Shown here piece by piece: positions 1 through 9,684 of a stretch of 64,000 nucleotides of DNA; within the stretch, counting starts at the first letter, position 1; every line of letters starts with the position of its first letter. Under the pieces are notes generated by a model that worked only from the letters and a program-made list of their open reading frames with translations, did not search any database and had not been told where the DNA came from. The stretch is from an uncultured virus (IMG/VR IMGVR_UViG_3300013109_000180) (taxonomy: Duplodnaviria > Heunggongvirae > Uroviricota > Caudoviricetes): IMG/VR virus record IMGVR_UViG_3300013109_000180, one strand, 5' to 3'. The translations under genes were made by a program, and so were the position numbers.

Positions 1-138
1 ATATCTATCCAACATAATGTTAGATTCATCAGCTAGTGTTGATATATCTATATTAGGAAAGAATGTTTCATTTAAATAATCAAAATATGGTTGGTTCCAT
101 ACACTGTTTCCTGTTTTTCCAAAGTCTGGGTTATTCAT
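1..138 (-). CDS. Hypothetical protein, 5' part only (continues beyond window start)
   Basis: ATG at 138 overlaps the stop of the upstream gene; frame open to position 1 (MNNPDFGKTGNSVWNQPYF...). Confidence 0.6.
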   Translation of the reverse strand, partial: MNNPDFGKTGNSVWNQPYFDYLNETFFPNIDISTLADESNIMLDRY

Positions 139-1381
139 TATATAATTTTAATTCCTTTATTAGTGCAAACGTGTCTGTGCCACGTAATCTATCCAAGTCT
201 TCAGTATACTTAACAAACCAATTCCATTGCTTTTTTTGTTCTGCTTCGTCTACTTCAACTTGTAATCCGTCACGAATAGCATGGATGCCTGTTTGATAAT
301 GTATTTCATCTGCATGATAACTTCCTTTAGGCCAAATGCTTTGATCTGGAATCTGTAGTAATTTATCATACATAATGTACTTTAATACGTCTGGCATGAA
401 TGCAATATTGAGGTATGTAGGATTTACTACTACGTTGCTCATGCTTATACTTGCTCTATGTACATGTTTTTCTTTAAACCAATTCCATACTTTATCTAAC
501 CCAAATACATTTGTTAGCATAACTGTCACGGCAAACACAACTTCAATGTTTGGGTATTCGTAAAACTTTTCTATGTTTCTTTCTAAATCTTCAAATGTGT
601 ATTGTCCACCACGTACTACACTATATAATTCGTCAACTGCTTCTATACTAATAAGTAATTCAATGTGCTTAAAATGTTTAAATATTTTTTGAAAATCTTC
701 ATCAAATACTGTTGCATTTGTACTAATATCTAACATAATGTTTTTTGCTAGTCCTTGATCAATAAACCATTGTAATATTGCTTTACAACTTTCATCATAT
801 AAAGGTTCGCCGCCTCTTAGTGCTACCCACTGTAAGTTACGAAAATATTCTGGGTCTGCAAATAAGTTATCAAGGAATGACATATCTTCCACACCGTGAT
901 AACCAATTTGTTGTTGAGTCCAGTATTCTGGTGCTTCTTTGTTTAATTTCTTTCCGTCTTTGGTCCAACCTGTGCTAACAAATGGGTTACAATGTATACA
1001 TGCTAGGTTGCATTTATTACTAATTGTAAAGTCTAAATAACGTATATCGGGCTTACTGTCTACGGTATTTTTAATACTACCACGTTTTACATCTTCATCT
1101 AGTTTATCCCAAAAATACATTCTACGGCTTTTGCCGCTTTGTTCTTTTTTAGTACACGCCAAACATGCCTTAGGTACTATTCTATCTGCGTGTGACTTTC
1201 TTAATGCTACTGCTTCGTCACTATTCAAAATTTCAGGTAATGTTTGTTTTGTAATGTTACCAAATTTTCCATTATAGATAATGTCCGGCAATACATTACC
1301 ACCCCATTTAATAGTCAATGCGTTCCAAGGTGCAAGGCACGTTGGATAGCGAGTATCGTTTAACATTGGATTAACGTACAT
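131..1381 (-). CDS. Radical SAM protein with N-terminal twitch-like domain
   Basis: CNLACIHC motif, LRGGEP, STNAT; N-terminal CLAPW...CLAC; C-terminal LDRLRGTDTF. Confidence 0.9.
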   Translation of the reverse strand: MYVNPMLNDTRYPTCLAPWNALTIKWGGNVLPDIIYNGKFGNITKQTLPEILNSDEAVALRKSHADRIVPKACLACTKKEQSGKSRRMYFWDKLDEDVKRGSIKNTVDSKPDIRYLDFTISNKCNLACIHCNPFVSTGWTKDGKKLNKEAPEYWTQQQIGYHGVEDMSFLDNLFADPEYFRNLQWVALRGGEPLYDESCKAILQWFIDQGLAKNIMLDISTNATVFDEDFQKIFKHFKHIELLISIEAVDELYSVVRGGQYTFEDLERNIEKFYEYPNIEVVFAVTVMLTNVFGLDKVWNWFKEKHVHRASISMSNVVVNPTYLNIAFMPDVLKYIMYDKLLQIPDQSIWPKGSYHADEIHYQTGIHAIRDGLQVEVDEAEQKKQWNWFVKYTEDLDRLRGTDTFALIKELKLYNE

Positions 1382-2481
1382 TATTTACACACCCCACAAT
1401 TCTTTCTACATACTTTCCAATCTGCATTTTCTATTGCATTGTTTAATATATCATTAAACCAATAGCCGTTTAATATATCTTTTAACGAATTATCATGTAA
1501 GTTATTATCTCTCTGACCTTTATTAATTAAATTATCATCTTCTGCTTCTTGGCTAAAGTCACTAGCTATAGACATAGATTCTGATGCCCTATCGCCACCA
1601 TATAAACTTATATGACAACACGGCCATACAGTACCCCATGGATCAATTTGTACTTCACCTTCGTCCTTCCATGGACATTTGCTTGGTATATGATTTTCGT
1701 TTAATTCTTCAAATATGTCATTTGCCCTTAGCCATATTCTATCTCTATTATCACTTACTGGATGGTCATTTTCTTCAAACCGTGCTGACATTTGCGGTTT
1801 ATCGGTTCCAACAATATAATTTTTATCATTTGATGGATAATATCCACTTATATGATAGTCTTCACCCTCATCTATAATTTGCATTTCTGCACTGTGACTT
1901 CTTCTTGCGACAAACTCTCGTACTCCTAACTGCCTTGATAATTCTTTAACTTCTTCAATTTGATGTTTGTTATGTTCAAACATAGTCATTTGTACATTTG
2001 CGTTTCCACCTGCGTCAGTGAAACTTTTAATATTTTCTGTTAATTTAGAAAACACGGTTCTTCTTCTATATAAATGATGAGTATCTTCCATTCCGTCTAC
2101 AGCAAAATCAATTTTATGATGAGAACCTTGTCTTAATACTTTAGCAAGGTCTGCCCAAAATTGAGTTCCACGCATACTTCCATTTGTTGCAATTGAAATA
2201 AAACTTTCTGGATGTTGATCTATCCAAAATTCTAGCATTTCTACTAAATCTGGGTGCATCATCGGGTCGCCCCAATTTCCATTTAATGTTAATTGTCTAA
2301 CCCACCAACCTTTGGTATCTTCTCTTGCCATTCTTTTCCATACATCAAGATCAAAATGAGATAGTTTTAATCCAGGTCTTGTTTTCCCGCCACTTATATT
2401 TCTTATACATGCACCACATCTTGCATTACAGTGACTAGTTACGTCTATTTGTAGTTTATGTATTTGTCTATACCAGTTCAT
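1381..2481 (-). CDS. Radical SAM protein with C-terminal SPASM/twitch-like domain
   Basis: CNARCGAC, GNWGDP, TNGS, VDG; C-terminal CPW...GTVWPCC...CRKNC. Confidence 0.9.
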   Translation of the reverse strand: MNWYRQIHKLQIDVTSHCNARCGACIRNISGGKTRPGLKLSHFDLDVWKRMAREDTKGWWVRQLTLNGNWGDPMMHPDLVEMLEFWIDQHPESFISIATNGSMRGTQFWADLAKVLRQGSHHKIDFAVDGMEDTHHLYRRRTVFSKLTENIKSFTDAGGNANVQMTMFEHNKHQIEEVKELSRQLGVREFVARRSHSAEMQIIDEGEDYHISGYYPSNDKNYIVGTDKPQMSARFEENDHPVSDNRDRIWLRANDIFEELNENHIPSKCPWKDEGEVQIDPWGTVWPCCHISLYGGDRASESMSIASDFSQEAEDDNLINKGQRDNNLHDNSLKDILNGYWFNDILNNAIENADWKVCRKNCGVCK

Positions 2482-3566
2482 TAATAATATCTCTTGTTAG
2501 TTATGTAATCGTTGCAATTGCCTTCTCTTACAATATCGCTTGTTAGGCAATGTATGCCTCCGTCCCAAAAGTACTGATGTCTAAAGTTCCAGTATATTGG
2601 TTCAATTCCATGTGCTTCCATTTCTGCAAATGCTTGTTCATTTTTGCCTGTACAAATAACAGTGCTTTCATCTAACGATAATACGTTAACATCAAACACA
2701 CTTTCATCTGGGCAACCTACCCAATGGCTTAACCATTTGCTTACATAGTCTTTGTGGAATCTACGTTTACGAGTTTGTTGAAAGTCTTCAGGCATATCAA
2801 AATCATCTGCTACTTCAATAATGTGCCAATGCTTCATTTCATCAGGTACCCAATTTCTATTCCAAGTCATTAGTACACCAGGTTTTAGTAGAGCTATCTT
2901 GCCGTCGATGTGTCCTCCTACTGGAATGTCCAAAAATTCGGTATTAGGATATCTCAACTTTATTTCACGTTGGATCCATTCACGGCCCAGTTCCGTACCC
3001 CTACCACGTTTGCTATCGCCCTCATACGGCTGGCTGAATAACACATGGCGTCCGCACTTTATCATATTTGCCGCGTGATAAAGTACTCGATCGTTTGCAA
3101 CAAAGTGGTCATATTTCTTACCACTCTCTACTAATACTCCTGGCATACTAACCCAATCGGCTCCTTCTTTAAACCATTGCGAACAATGATCATAGTAAGC
3201 CAGATTCTCAAAGTAACGATTATCGCTACCTGTAAATAATTCAAATATACTGTTACCATAAGGCATTAATGTATCGCGTGGCATTAGTGGGTGGTTAGGA
3301 AATCCACAATGCATCCAAGGTAATTGTATTTGTTCTTCACCTGTAATTGTAAAAATATTACTAGGACGCAGTACCTCAATACCTCTATCTTCTAATAATT
3401 TTGCAAGTATTTCAATATCTTCTGCGGTTTCTTTGAATATTTGACGCATAACAGTACGAGTTTCCTCGTCTTTATGCCAATCAAATGTTTCAGGTGGAAA
3501 CGGTGCACCAAGTATTATTTTTTTAAGTGGTTGAAATTCACTCCATACGTTAACTGCTTTTGTCAT
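2481..3566 (-). CDS. Amidinotransferase (Arg:Gly / inosamine-phosphate amidinotransferase family)
   Basis: VWSEFQPLK start, PRD, HIDG, DVNVLSLD and the catalytic GGIHCLT motif of the pentein family. Confidence 0.85.
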   Translation of the reverse strand: MTKAVNVWSEFQPLKKIILGAPFPPETFDWHKDEETRTVMRQIFKETAEDIEILAKLLEDRGIEVLRPSNIFTITGEEQIQLPWMHCGFPNHPLMPRDTLMPYGNSIFELFTGSDNRYFENLAYYDHCSQWFKEGADWVSMPGVLVESGKKYDHFVANDRVLYHAANMIKCGRHVLFSQPYEGDSKRGRGTELGREWIQREIKLRYPNTEFLDIPVGGHIDGKIALLKPGVLMTWNRNWVPDEMKHWHIIEVADDFDMPEDFQQTRKRRFHKDYVSKWLSHWVGCPDESVFDVNVLSLDESTVICTGKNEQAFAEMEAHGIEPIYWNFRHQYFWDGGIHCLTSDIVREGNCNDYITNKRYY

Positions 3567-3620
3567 ATTTTCTCTTTTATGTTTGAATTATTTAATGGTT
3601 GACGCCCAGAATTTACTTGC

Positions 3621-3640
3621 ATAAATATATTAGTATTTAT
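3621..3640. promoter_or_regulatory. Inverted pair of ATAAATA motifs in the divergent intergenic region
   Basis: ataaata-tattag-tatttat between divergent genes; TTGACG lies 17 bp upstream on + (3599-3604); GGAGG RBS at 3654-3658. Confidence 0.5.
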
Positions 3641-3662
3641 CTAAAGATTTAATGGAGGTTAT

Positions 3663-4493
3663 ATGACCCGTATTGCTAAAGATATTAGAGCAAAAGATGA
3701 TTTTATCGTCAATATATTCGACGCTAACACCCAAGATTTAGAAGACAATTATAGGCTGTATACTGCTTTTGAGAGCGGCTGGCCTGTAGTTATTAAGAAT
3801 CTAACTATACCAAACCTAGACTACGAATACTATGACGACTTACCAGATTGGACTATTCCAGATAATAAATGGATTATGCCATGGTATAATAGTCATATTA
3901 AAAAACGTGACAGACTACGTGATGAACGTGATTGGACTGAAGAACAAATAGATGTATTTCATAAAAAACATAAACAATCACAAGAAGGCTGGAATGAAAT
4001 ATTTAATATGTTGTTCCCACATTATAAAACAAGTGAACGTATGCTTAGTCATAGATATAATACATTAGTAGAAAATAAATTACATTTAGATGAACTAGAC
4101 GAACAGCATACTGGCAACGAGCAACAAATACGTATGTTTGTACAACTAGACAAAAAACGTTCAAGAGTACTAACATTTGGTCCAGACGTAGAACAACTAT
4201 ATAAAGAATATTATGATGACTTTAAATTAGGTGAACTTGATAAAGAAAATATACATTCTTTTATAACAGAAATTCGTAATCGTTGTGTTTGGAACGAACA
4301 GAAATGGGATCAATTTCATCACCCGTTACATTATATTACATTTGATCCAGGTGATATTTGGTTCTTTAATGCACAATGGATTACACACCAAATTGTATAT
4401 GGCACAAAGTTACAATGCTTTGAAGCTGATATATTAAATGAGAGTTTGCTCAAACCTGAGCTATGTATAGCAGAACGTATTAAATATTTTTAA
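3663..4493 (+). CDS. Fe(II)/2OG-type dioxygenase resembling the Kdo hydroxylase (KdoO) family
   Basis: LHLD (HxD), IRMFVQL...RVLTFG, FDPGDIWFFNAQWITHQIVYG; strong RBS; the only long plus-strand ORF. Confidence 0.55.
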   Translation: MTRIAKDIRAKDDFIVNIFDANTQDLEDNYRLYTAFESGWPVVIKNLTIPNLDYEYYDDLPDWTIPDNKWIMPWYNSHIKKRDRLRDERDWTEEQIDVFHKKHKQSQEGWNEIFNMLFPHYKTSERMLSHRYNTLVENKLHLDELDEQHTGNEQQIRMFVQLDKKRSRVLTFGPDVEQLYKEYYDDFKLGELDKENIHSFITEIRNRCVWNEQKWDQFHHPLHYITFDPGDIWFFNAQWITHQIVYGTKLQCFEADILNESLLKPELCIAERIKYF

Positions 4494-5742
4494 GTCTAGA
4501 AAATTCTGGTGACACTTTGTTAATATCGTGTCCCCTATGTTTATCATAATTCTCTGTAACTTTAATATATTGTTGTATAACTTTAGGATCATACTTGTGT
4601 TTAGGATCAAGACTAAAATTAACAATTTCCATAAGAGGTTCTTCGTACTGCTTAAAATGTGGACTATCTTTAATACTGTCGAGGAATTCTAAAATTTGCT
4701 CACGTTGTTCCCATTTTAACCAATCAGGAGCATATGCCATACTATAATAGTTTGGCTCCACTAATTGATTGGAACTCATTCCAATACCTCTATTACTAGT
4801 CATTTGGTAATCATGCATATACTTCCAAAATTTTGTTGTATGTAATGCATTAGTTAATTGGTTTACTGTAGTAACCCGAGGCTTTATACGTTTACCTTCT
4901 TTAGTATCAGAAAACTTTACTAACTTATCAAAGTTATTCCAAACAGAAGCCCATTTGGAAGGGGGTCTTAGATAGTCATTCATATCTCCCATTCCTTCCA
5001 ATGAGCAATTAACAATTACTTTTTCAAACTTGGCTAACTGGTTAAGCCATTTGTCTTGCATATTAGTAATGTTTGTATAAAAACTTAATTCTATATGATC
5101 TGCATGTCCAGTTTCAGTAGCAATATCTAACAACTTGAACATATCAGCCGCTACTGTTGGTTCACCACCTATTAACTTTATCTTACGAGCATATGGTAGC
5201 ATTCTTTCGAAACTTTCCCATTCTATTCCTGGTTGAAGTAATGCTTCTTTTTTGTCTGCAATCATGCCGTCCCAATCAGGATGGTTCGCTCCGAGTCCGC
5301 TTTGTACCATTGCCGCACGTTCCACACTCACTAAGTGAGATGCTTCTTTGTTACACATTTGACACTGCAAATTGCATAAATTACCAAGTCTAAAATCAAA
5401 TTGTAAGGGTTGATCAATCTCCCAATCATTAACGGATGCCTTGGCTACTACATCGTCAATAACATCTGCCCACACTTTGTTTTCCCATTGGCGTGAGCTC
5501 ATTATGTCGTTACGTTCTAAATGATGACATTCAATACATTCTGGTAGTTTCTCACCAGCAGTCATTCTACGTCTTACATCTTTTATATAATTATGATTCC
5601 ATGTACCATCTATGCCTAGTTCTTCTTGATTAACAAGTTCTTTAGGTTCCTTAGCCATACAACATAGCCTAAAACGGCCTCCGTTATAGGTGCTATATTG
5701 CACAAATGGTAATGCACAAAAGCCTGAATCGTTTTTACTCAT
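4480..5742 (-). CDS. Radical SAM protein with N-terminal twitch-like domain
   Basis: CALPF...RLCC...CIEC, then GNLCNLQCQMC and IGGEP. Confidence 0.9.
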   Translation of the reverse strand: MSKNDSGFCALPFVQYSTYNGGRFRLCCMAKEPKELVNQEELGIDGTWNHNYIKDVRRRMTAGEKLPECIECHHLERNDIMSSRQWENKVWADVIDDVVAKASVNDWEIDQPLQFDFRLGNLCNLQCQMCNKEASHLVSVERAAMVQSGLGANHPDWDGMIADKKEALLQPGIEWESFERMLPYARKIKLIGGEPTVAADMFKLLDIATETGHADHIELSFYTNITNMQDKWLNQLAKFEKVIVNCSLEGMGDMNDYLRPPSKWASVWNNFDKLVKFSDTKEGKRIKPRVTTVNQLTNALHTTKFWKYMHDYQMTSNRGIGMSSNQLVEPNYYSMAYAPDWLKWEQREQILEFLDSIKDSPHFKQYEEPLMEIVNFSLDPKHKYDPKVIQQYIKVTENYDKHRGHDINKVSPEFSRLKNI

Positions 5743-6310
5743 CTTTTAGTTTTTGAATTTCCTTTTCCATATCTGACAGCCATGCTAGAAACATATCTTT
5801 TCCTTTGGCTTGATTGGCTTGCCATTCTTCTGGCGATTGTTCATCAGCTAAGTCACTTGCATATTTTAGCATTATACATGGCTTGTTAAACATACCTGCT
5901 GTTTTTGCGATAGCATAACCTTCCATGTCTACGAAATCACTTTTTATTTCAGGCTTTTCTTTTACAAAGTTATCGCCTGTGCTTAATGTAAATTTACTTC
6001 CTTTGTAAATTTGCAAGTCACCATTAAATTTTGTGTTTTCGTATGGTGTAATTCCTAATGGTGATGTTGGACGAGCATCCATATCTCGCTGTTTGACTGT
6101 GCTAATTCTGTATAGTTTGCCAACTAAATCAGGATTAAAAGTTCCTGCTGTTCCATAATTAATAATACATTCGCAGTCTTTGTTGAGAGCTGCAAAAGTA
6201 GCCATTACAGTAGCATTTACTTTACCTACGCCTGTAATCATTAATGTATAATCATCTGGTAATTCAATGTTTGGCACCTCTGTTTCAAGTGCAACTAGTA
6301 AATATTTCAT
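5735..6310 (-). CDS. mtnN: MTA/SAH (5'-deoxyadenosine) nucleosidase, PNP/UDP superfamily
   Basis: TGVGKVNA, INYGTAG, TGDNFV, VDMEGYAIA, KYASD motifs. Confidence 0.8.
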   Translation of the reverse strand: MKYLLVALETEVPNIELPDDYTLMITGVGKVNATVMATFAALNKDCECIINYGTAGTFNPDLVGKLYRISTVKQRDMDARPTSPLGITPYENTKFNGDLQIYKGSKFTLSTGDNFVKEKPEIKSDFVDMEGYAIAKTAGMFNKPCIMLKYASDLADEQSPEEWQANQAKGKDMFLAWLSDMEKEIQKLKDE

Positions 6311-7555
6311 TTATATCTCCAAATTTGTTAAATCTTCGTTAAAGTGTTTCCATAATCTAGCATTAGGATGTTTTTCTAACATTAGTTCTTTTGTTAATGG
6401 TTCGTTTAAAATTCCTTTTTCGTCTATATAGCCTTTTGCGTCTATTAGTAGGTCTTTTAAAACAGTGTTTAATACAGGTGGATTAGTGGCTTCCCAATCT
6501 GCCCATTCTTTTTTTATTCGTTCTTTTGTTTCTTTGCTTAAATTTCTAAAATCTATATAAGTTGAGTAAGGTTGTTTATCAATTGGTTGTAGGAAAGCAA
6601 AACCCATTGAAGTATGTTTTTCTACTTTATTATATAGCCACTCACATATATTTATTATCTGTCCTATGTTTAATGCAGTAAGAACAACGTTGGTAGAAAA
6701 TACAATGTTAACTTCACTAGTTAATTGTATATATTTATTTATTGTATCTTCTATATCTTGCCACTTATAATTGCCTGGTCTTTGTAATGTGGCTAATTTT
6801 CCAATGCCATCTATACTTAACACTAGTTCAACTTTTTTCAATTTCTTCCAACAATTAATTACTCTGTTGCTTGGAAATACACTCACATTAGTATGATACT
6901 GTATTTCTAAATTTCCAGGGTCATTATTTAATTCAATAATTTTTTCTAATAGTTCATCGTGTTTCGCTTCAATCATAGGTTCGCCACCTACTAATTTTAA
7001 TAATTGTAATTCAGATAAATCATCATCAATGTTTTCATTGTCTTTGTGAAACCCTTTGGGTATTTTTTTACCTGGCTTTAGAATACTATGTATTATACTA
7101 CTGTTTTCCGGAATACACATTACACATGAAAAGTTACAAAGGCTACTTATGCCAGTTTCTAAATGTCGTAGTTTGGCTGGCTTATCAGTAATTTCGATTA
7201 TTCTACCATATGGTGACTCATCGGAAAATCTTTGTTGTTGACCTACTCTATGCATTGCTCTATTACCTACATCTTTTTCTTCTTCGTCCCAACACCTCTT
7301 ACAACCTCTTGGGTGTTCTCCGTCAATCATTTGTTGCCTTATTGTTTGGAAAAATTCACTGTTTCTGGCGTTTGTAAGACCGTCTGCAATATTTGGTGGA
7401 TTATCATCTATCCATCTATCTTCTTGAGAAAACCATCTACAACAAGGCACGACTAGGCCTTCTGCTCCTATTGCTGTTGCAGTCCATGGTAATACGCAAT
7501 AACTTTTCGTTGGTAAATCTTCTAGAGATTGTGTGTTTGTTTTATTATTTTTCAT
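6311..7555 (-). CDS. Radical SAM protein with N-terminal twitch-like domain
   Basis: CVLPW...VPCC...CKRC; CNFSCVMC; VGGEP; SIDG. Confidence 0.9.
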   Translation of the reverse strand: MKNNKTNTQSLEDLPTKSYCVLPWTATAIGAEGLVVPCCRWFSQEDRWIDDNPPNIADGLTNARNSEFFQTIRQQMIDGEHPRGCKRCWDEEEKDVGNRAMHRVGQQQRFSDESPYGRIIEITDKPAKLRHLETGISSLCNFSCVMCIPENSSIIHSILKPGKKIPKGFHKDNENIDDDLSELQLLKLVGGEPMIEAKHDELLEKIIELNNDPGNLEIQYHTNVSVFPSNRVINCWKKLKKVELVLSIDGIGKLATLQRPGNYKWQDIEDTINKYIQLTSEVNIVFSTNVVLTALNIGQIINICEWLYNKVEKHTSMGFAFLQPIDKQPYSTYIDFRNLSKETKERIKKEWADWEATNPPVLNTVLKDLLIDAKGYIDEKGILNEPLTKELMLEKHPNARLWKHFNEDLTNLEI

Positions 7556-8966
7556 CAGGTTCGTCTAACAAGTATGCCATATCAGGAAATGTTGCACGGA
7601 AATCTGTTCCACGCAATTTGTCTAGTTTATTAATATATTCTCTAAATTCTGGAAGTCGTCTGCTCCAGTCTTCACTACGAGCAAAACTAATCATTCCTCT
7701 TAAACGTTTAATACCATAACTTGCATTTTCCCATGTTTGGTAATCTACTTTACCTTTATGCCAACTTGGAACACCTAGTTCCCAATTCTCTTTCCACCAT
7801 TTAATAAATTCTTCATACTTGGCTTCTGTTTTGTCTAGGAAATCGTTAGGAAGTATCTTAACGTTTAAGTGTCCTGGCCAGTATACAAAGTGGTAGTTAA
7901 TACCTCCTGCACCAAATGGCCACATATTTGTTTTATTAAATCCATGTTGTAATTTCCATTTTAGGAAATCTGGAATGTAATGAATGTTTAAGGCATTTAC
8001 AGCACATGCAATTGTAACTTCTACATTGTTAGATGTTTGTGTGTCTAAACGTTTGAACATCTCAAGTTGATGTTCCCATTCACTTGGGTAACGAATATAA
8101 TCATTCATTGCACCAATGCTGTCAATACTATAATGGAAACGTACTTTTTGGAAGTGTGACCATAGTTCTAGTAAACGATCAGGAAGTTCAACACCATTTG
8201 AGTTATAACGTACTTCAATTTGATCTGCATAACCCATTTCAATAACTTTAGATAGTATTGTGTAATGTTCTTCAATAACAGTTGATTCACCACCTGCAAA
8301 GTATAATTGTCTAATGTAAGGAATTTGTGCGTAAAACTGTGTCCAAAATGTAGGATTATTTTTATGCCAGTTATAATTAGCACCAAACTGCTTACCTTTA
8401 TCTTCCCAGGTCATTGTTTCTTTTAATGACTCATTTGTAATTTGTGGATATAATGCATTCCAATCTTTAACCCAACCACTTGAATCATGTGGACTACACA
8501 TAATACAACCTAGCTGGCATTTAGTACCCATACGGATATCAATATAACGTAATTTGCTATCTGTTGACCCATCTTCGTATGTTTCTTTAACAAGTTCGTC
8601 TACATCAATTCCATCTCTTATCCAATAATCTGTTTCCCATTGTCTTTTTGATCTATGTCCTGCGGCTTCTTCTTTATAACATTTTAAACAACTAGCAGGT
8701 TTTCCACCAGCTAACATTTGGTTACGAACATTCCGCATATAACTATTATTCCATGAACTGTTTAAGTCGCTGTTATTAAGATTTGCTGGAATGCCATCAT
8801 CAGTTTTAACAATTCCTACTCTACCACCATATAGTTTATCATTTGTGGCTCCTACAGCACTTGCATTTGCAGTACAACATACTCTCATACTTCCGTCAGG
8901 TCTAGTGCTTAAATGAATCCATGGTAATATACAAAAAGTATCACTTGGTAATTTATTTTCTGCCAT
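7545..8966 (-). CDS. Radical SAM protein with N-terminal twitch-like domain
   Basis: CILPWIHL...RVCC...CLKC; CQLGCIMC; FAGGE; YIRYPS. Confidence 0.9.
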   Translation of the reverse strand: MAENKLPSDTFCILPWIHLSTRPDGSMRVCCTANASAVGATNDKLYGGRVGIVKTDDGIPANLNNSDLNSSWNNSYMRNVRNQMLAGGKPASCLKCYKEEAAGHRSKRQWETDYWIRDGIDVDELVKETYEDGSTDSKLRYIDIRMGTKCQLGCIMCSPHDSSGWVKDWNALYPQITNESLKETMTWEDKGKQFGANYNWHKNNPTFWTQFYAQIPYIRQLYFAGGESTVIEEHYTILSKVIEMGYADQIEVRYNSNGVELPDRLLELWSHFQKVRFHYSIDSIGAMNDYIRYPSEWEHQLEMFKRLDTQTSNNVEVTIACAVNALNIHYIPDFLKWKLQHGFNKTNMWPFGAGGINYHFVYWPGHLNVKILPNDFLDKTEAKYEEFIKWWKENWELGVPSWHKGKVDYQTWENASYGIKRLRGMISFARSEDWSRRLPEFREYINKLDKLRGTDFRATFPDMAYLLDEPDEK

Positions 8967-8975
8967 AGTTATTCT

Positions 8976-9680
8976 CTAAATTTTATATATAGAATCTTTA
9001 TTTCCTTTTGTAATAAGATTCCATGTTGCTTCTGTAGCATATCCTGTTAATTGTAAAGCTGGTCTACGTTCCCATGATCCATTCCATGTAATATGTGGTA
9101 AAGTTGACCATTCCCATGTAATAGCAGTTCCTTTTTTCCATTGGGTATAAACTATACTGCCAAACTGTACTACTTGTCCTGGCTCCCAATCATTTAACAT
9201 AATTAAAAAACGAACCATATTAGGATCTTGATACTTAAAGTCTGGATTATCAATTACTCGTTCCTTACGAGGATTACCAGGAAGATTATCAATGTGCCAC
9301 ATTAGTTGCTGGTTTGGCAATTGATCGTGAAACTTAAATGTAAACGATTTTGTTGTATCAATTTTTACAGAATCAATTATTTTTTCAAATGCAGGTAACT
9401 TACCAGGATAGTCAGTTATATCCATTTTTTCAAAAATAGGTGCATCTGGTTGTCCATATAAATTTTCAGCATCTTCCATTTCATGATTAGCTGATGGTTT
9501 ATTAGCCGCATGTTCGTATGATTGTTTATTATATTTTTTTGTACTTAATCCTAACAACCTAGCATTTCTAACATCATCATCCCAATCGCCTTGGAATTGT
9601 CCTATTATTTTAACGTACTCACCTTCGTTGTCTACTTTAAAGTTGTCAAAGTGCCAAGGTGTTTTAAAGGGTGATGACAT
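8976..9680 (-). CDS. Fe(II)/2OG oxygenase-like (cupin fold) protein
   Basis: WHID, RFLIMLNDWEPG, PHITWNG, RPALQLTG (HxD...H...R pattern). Confidence 0.65.
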   Translation of the reverse strand: MSSPFKTPWHFDNFKVDNEGEYVKIIGQFQGDWDDDVRNARLLGLSTKKYNKQSYEHAANKPSANHEMEDAENLYGQPDAPIFEKMDITDYPGKLPAFEKIIDSVKIDTTKSFTFKFHDQLPNQQLMWHIDNLPGNPRKERVIDNPDFKYQDPNMVRFLIMLNDWEPGQVVQFGSIVYTQWKKGTAITWEWSTLPHITWNGSWERRPALQLTGYATEATWNLITKGNKDSIYKI

Positions 9681-9684
9681 GAAT

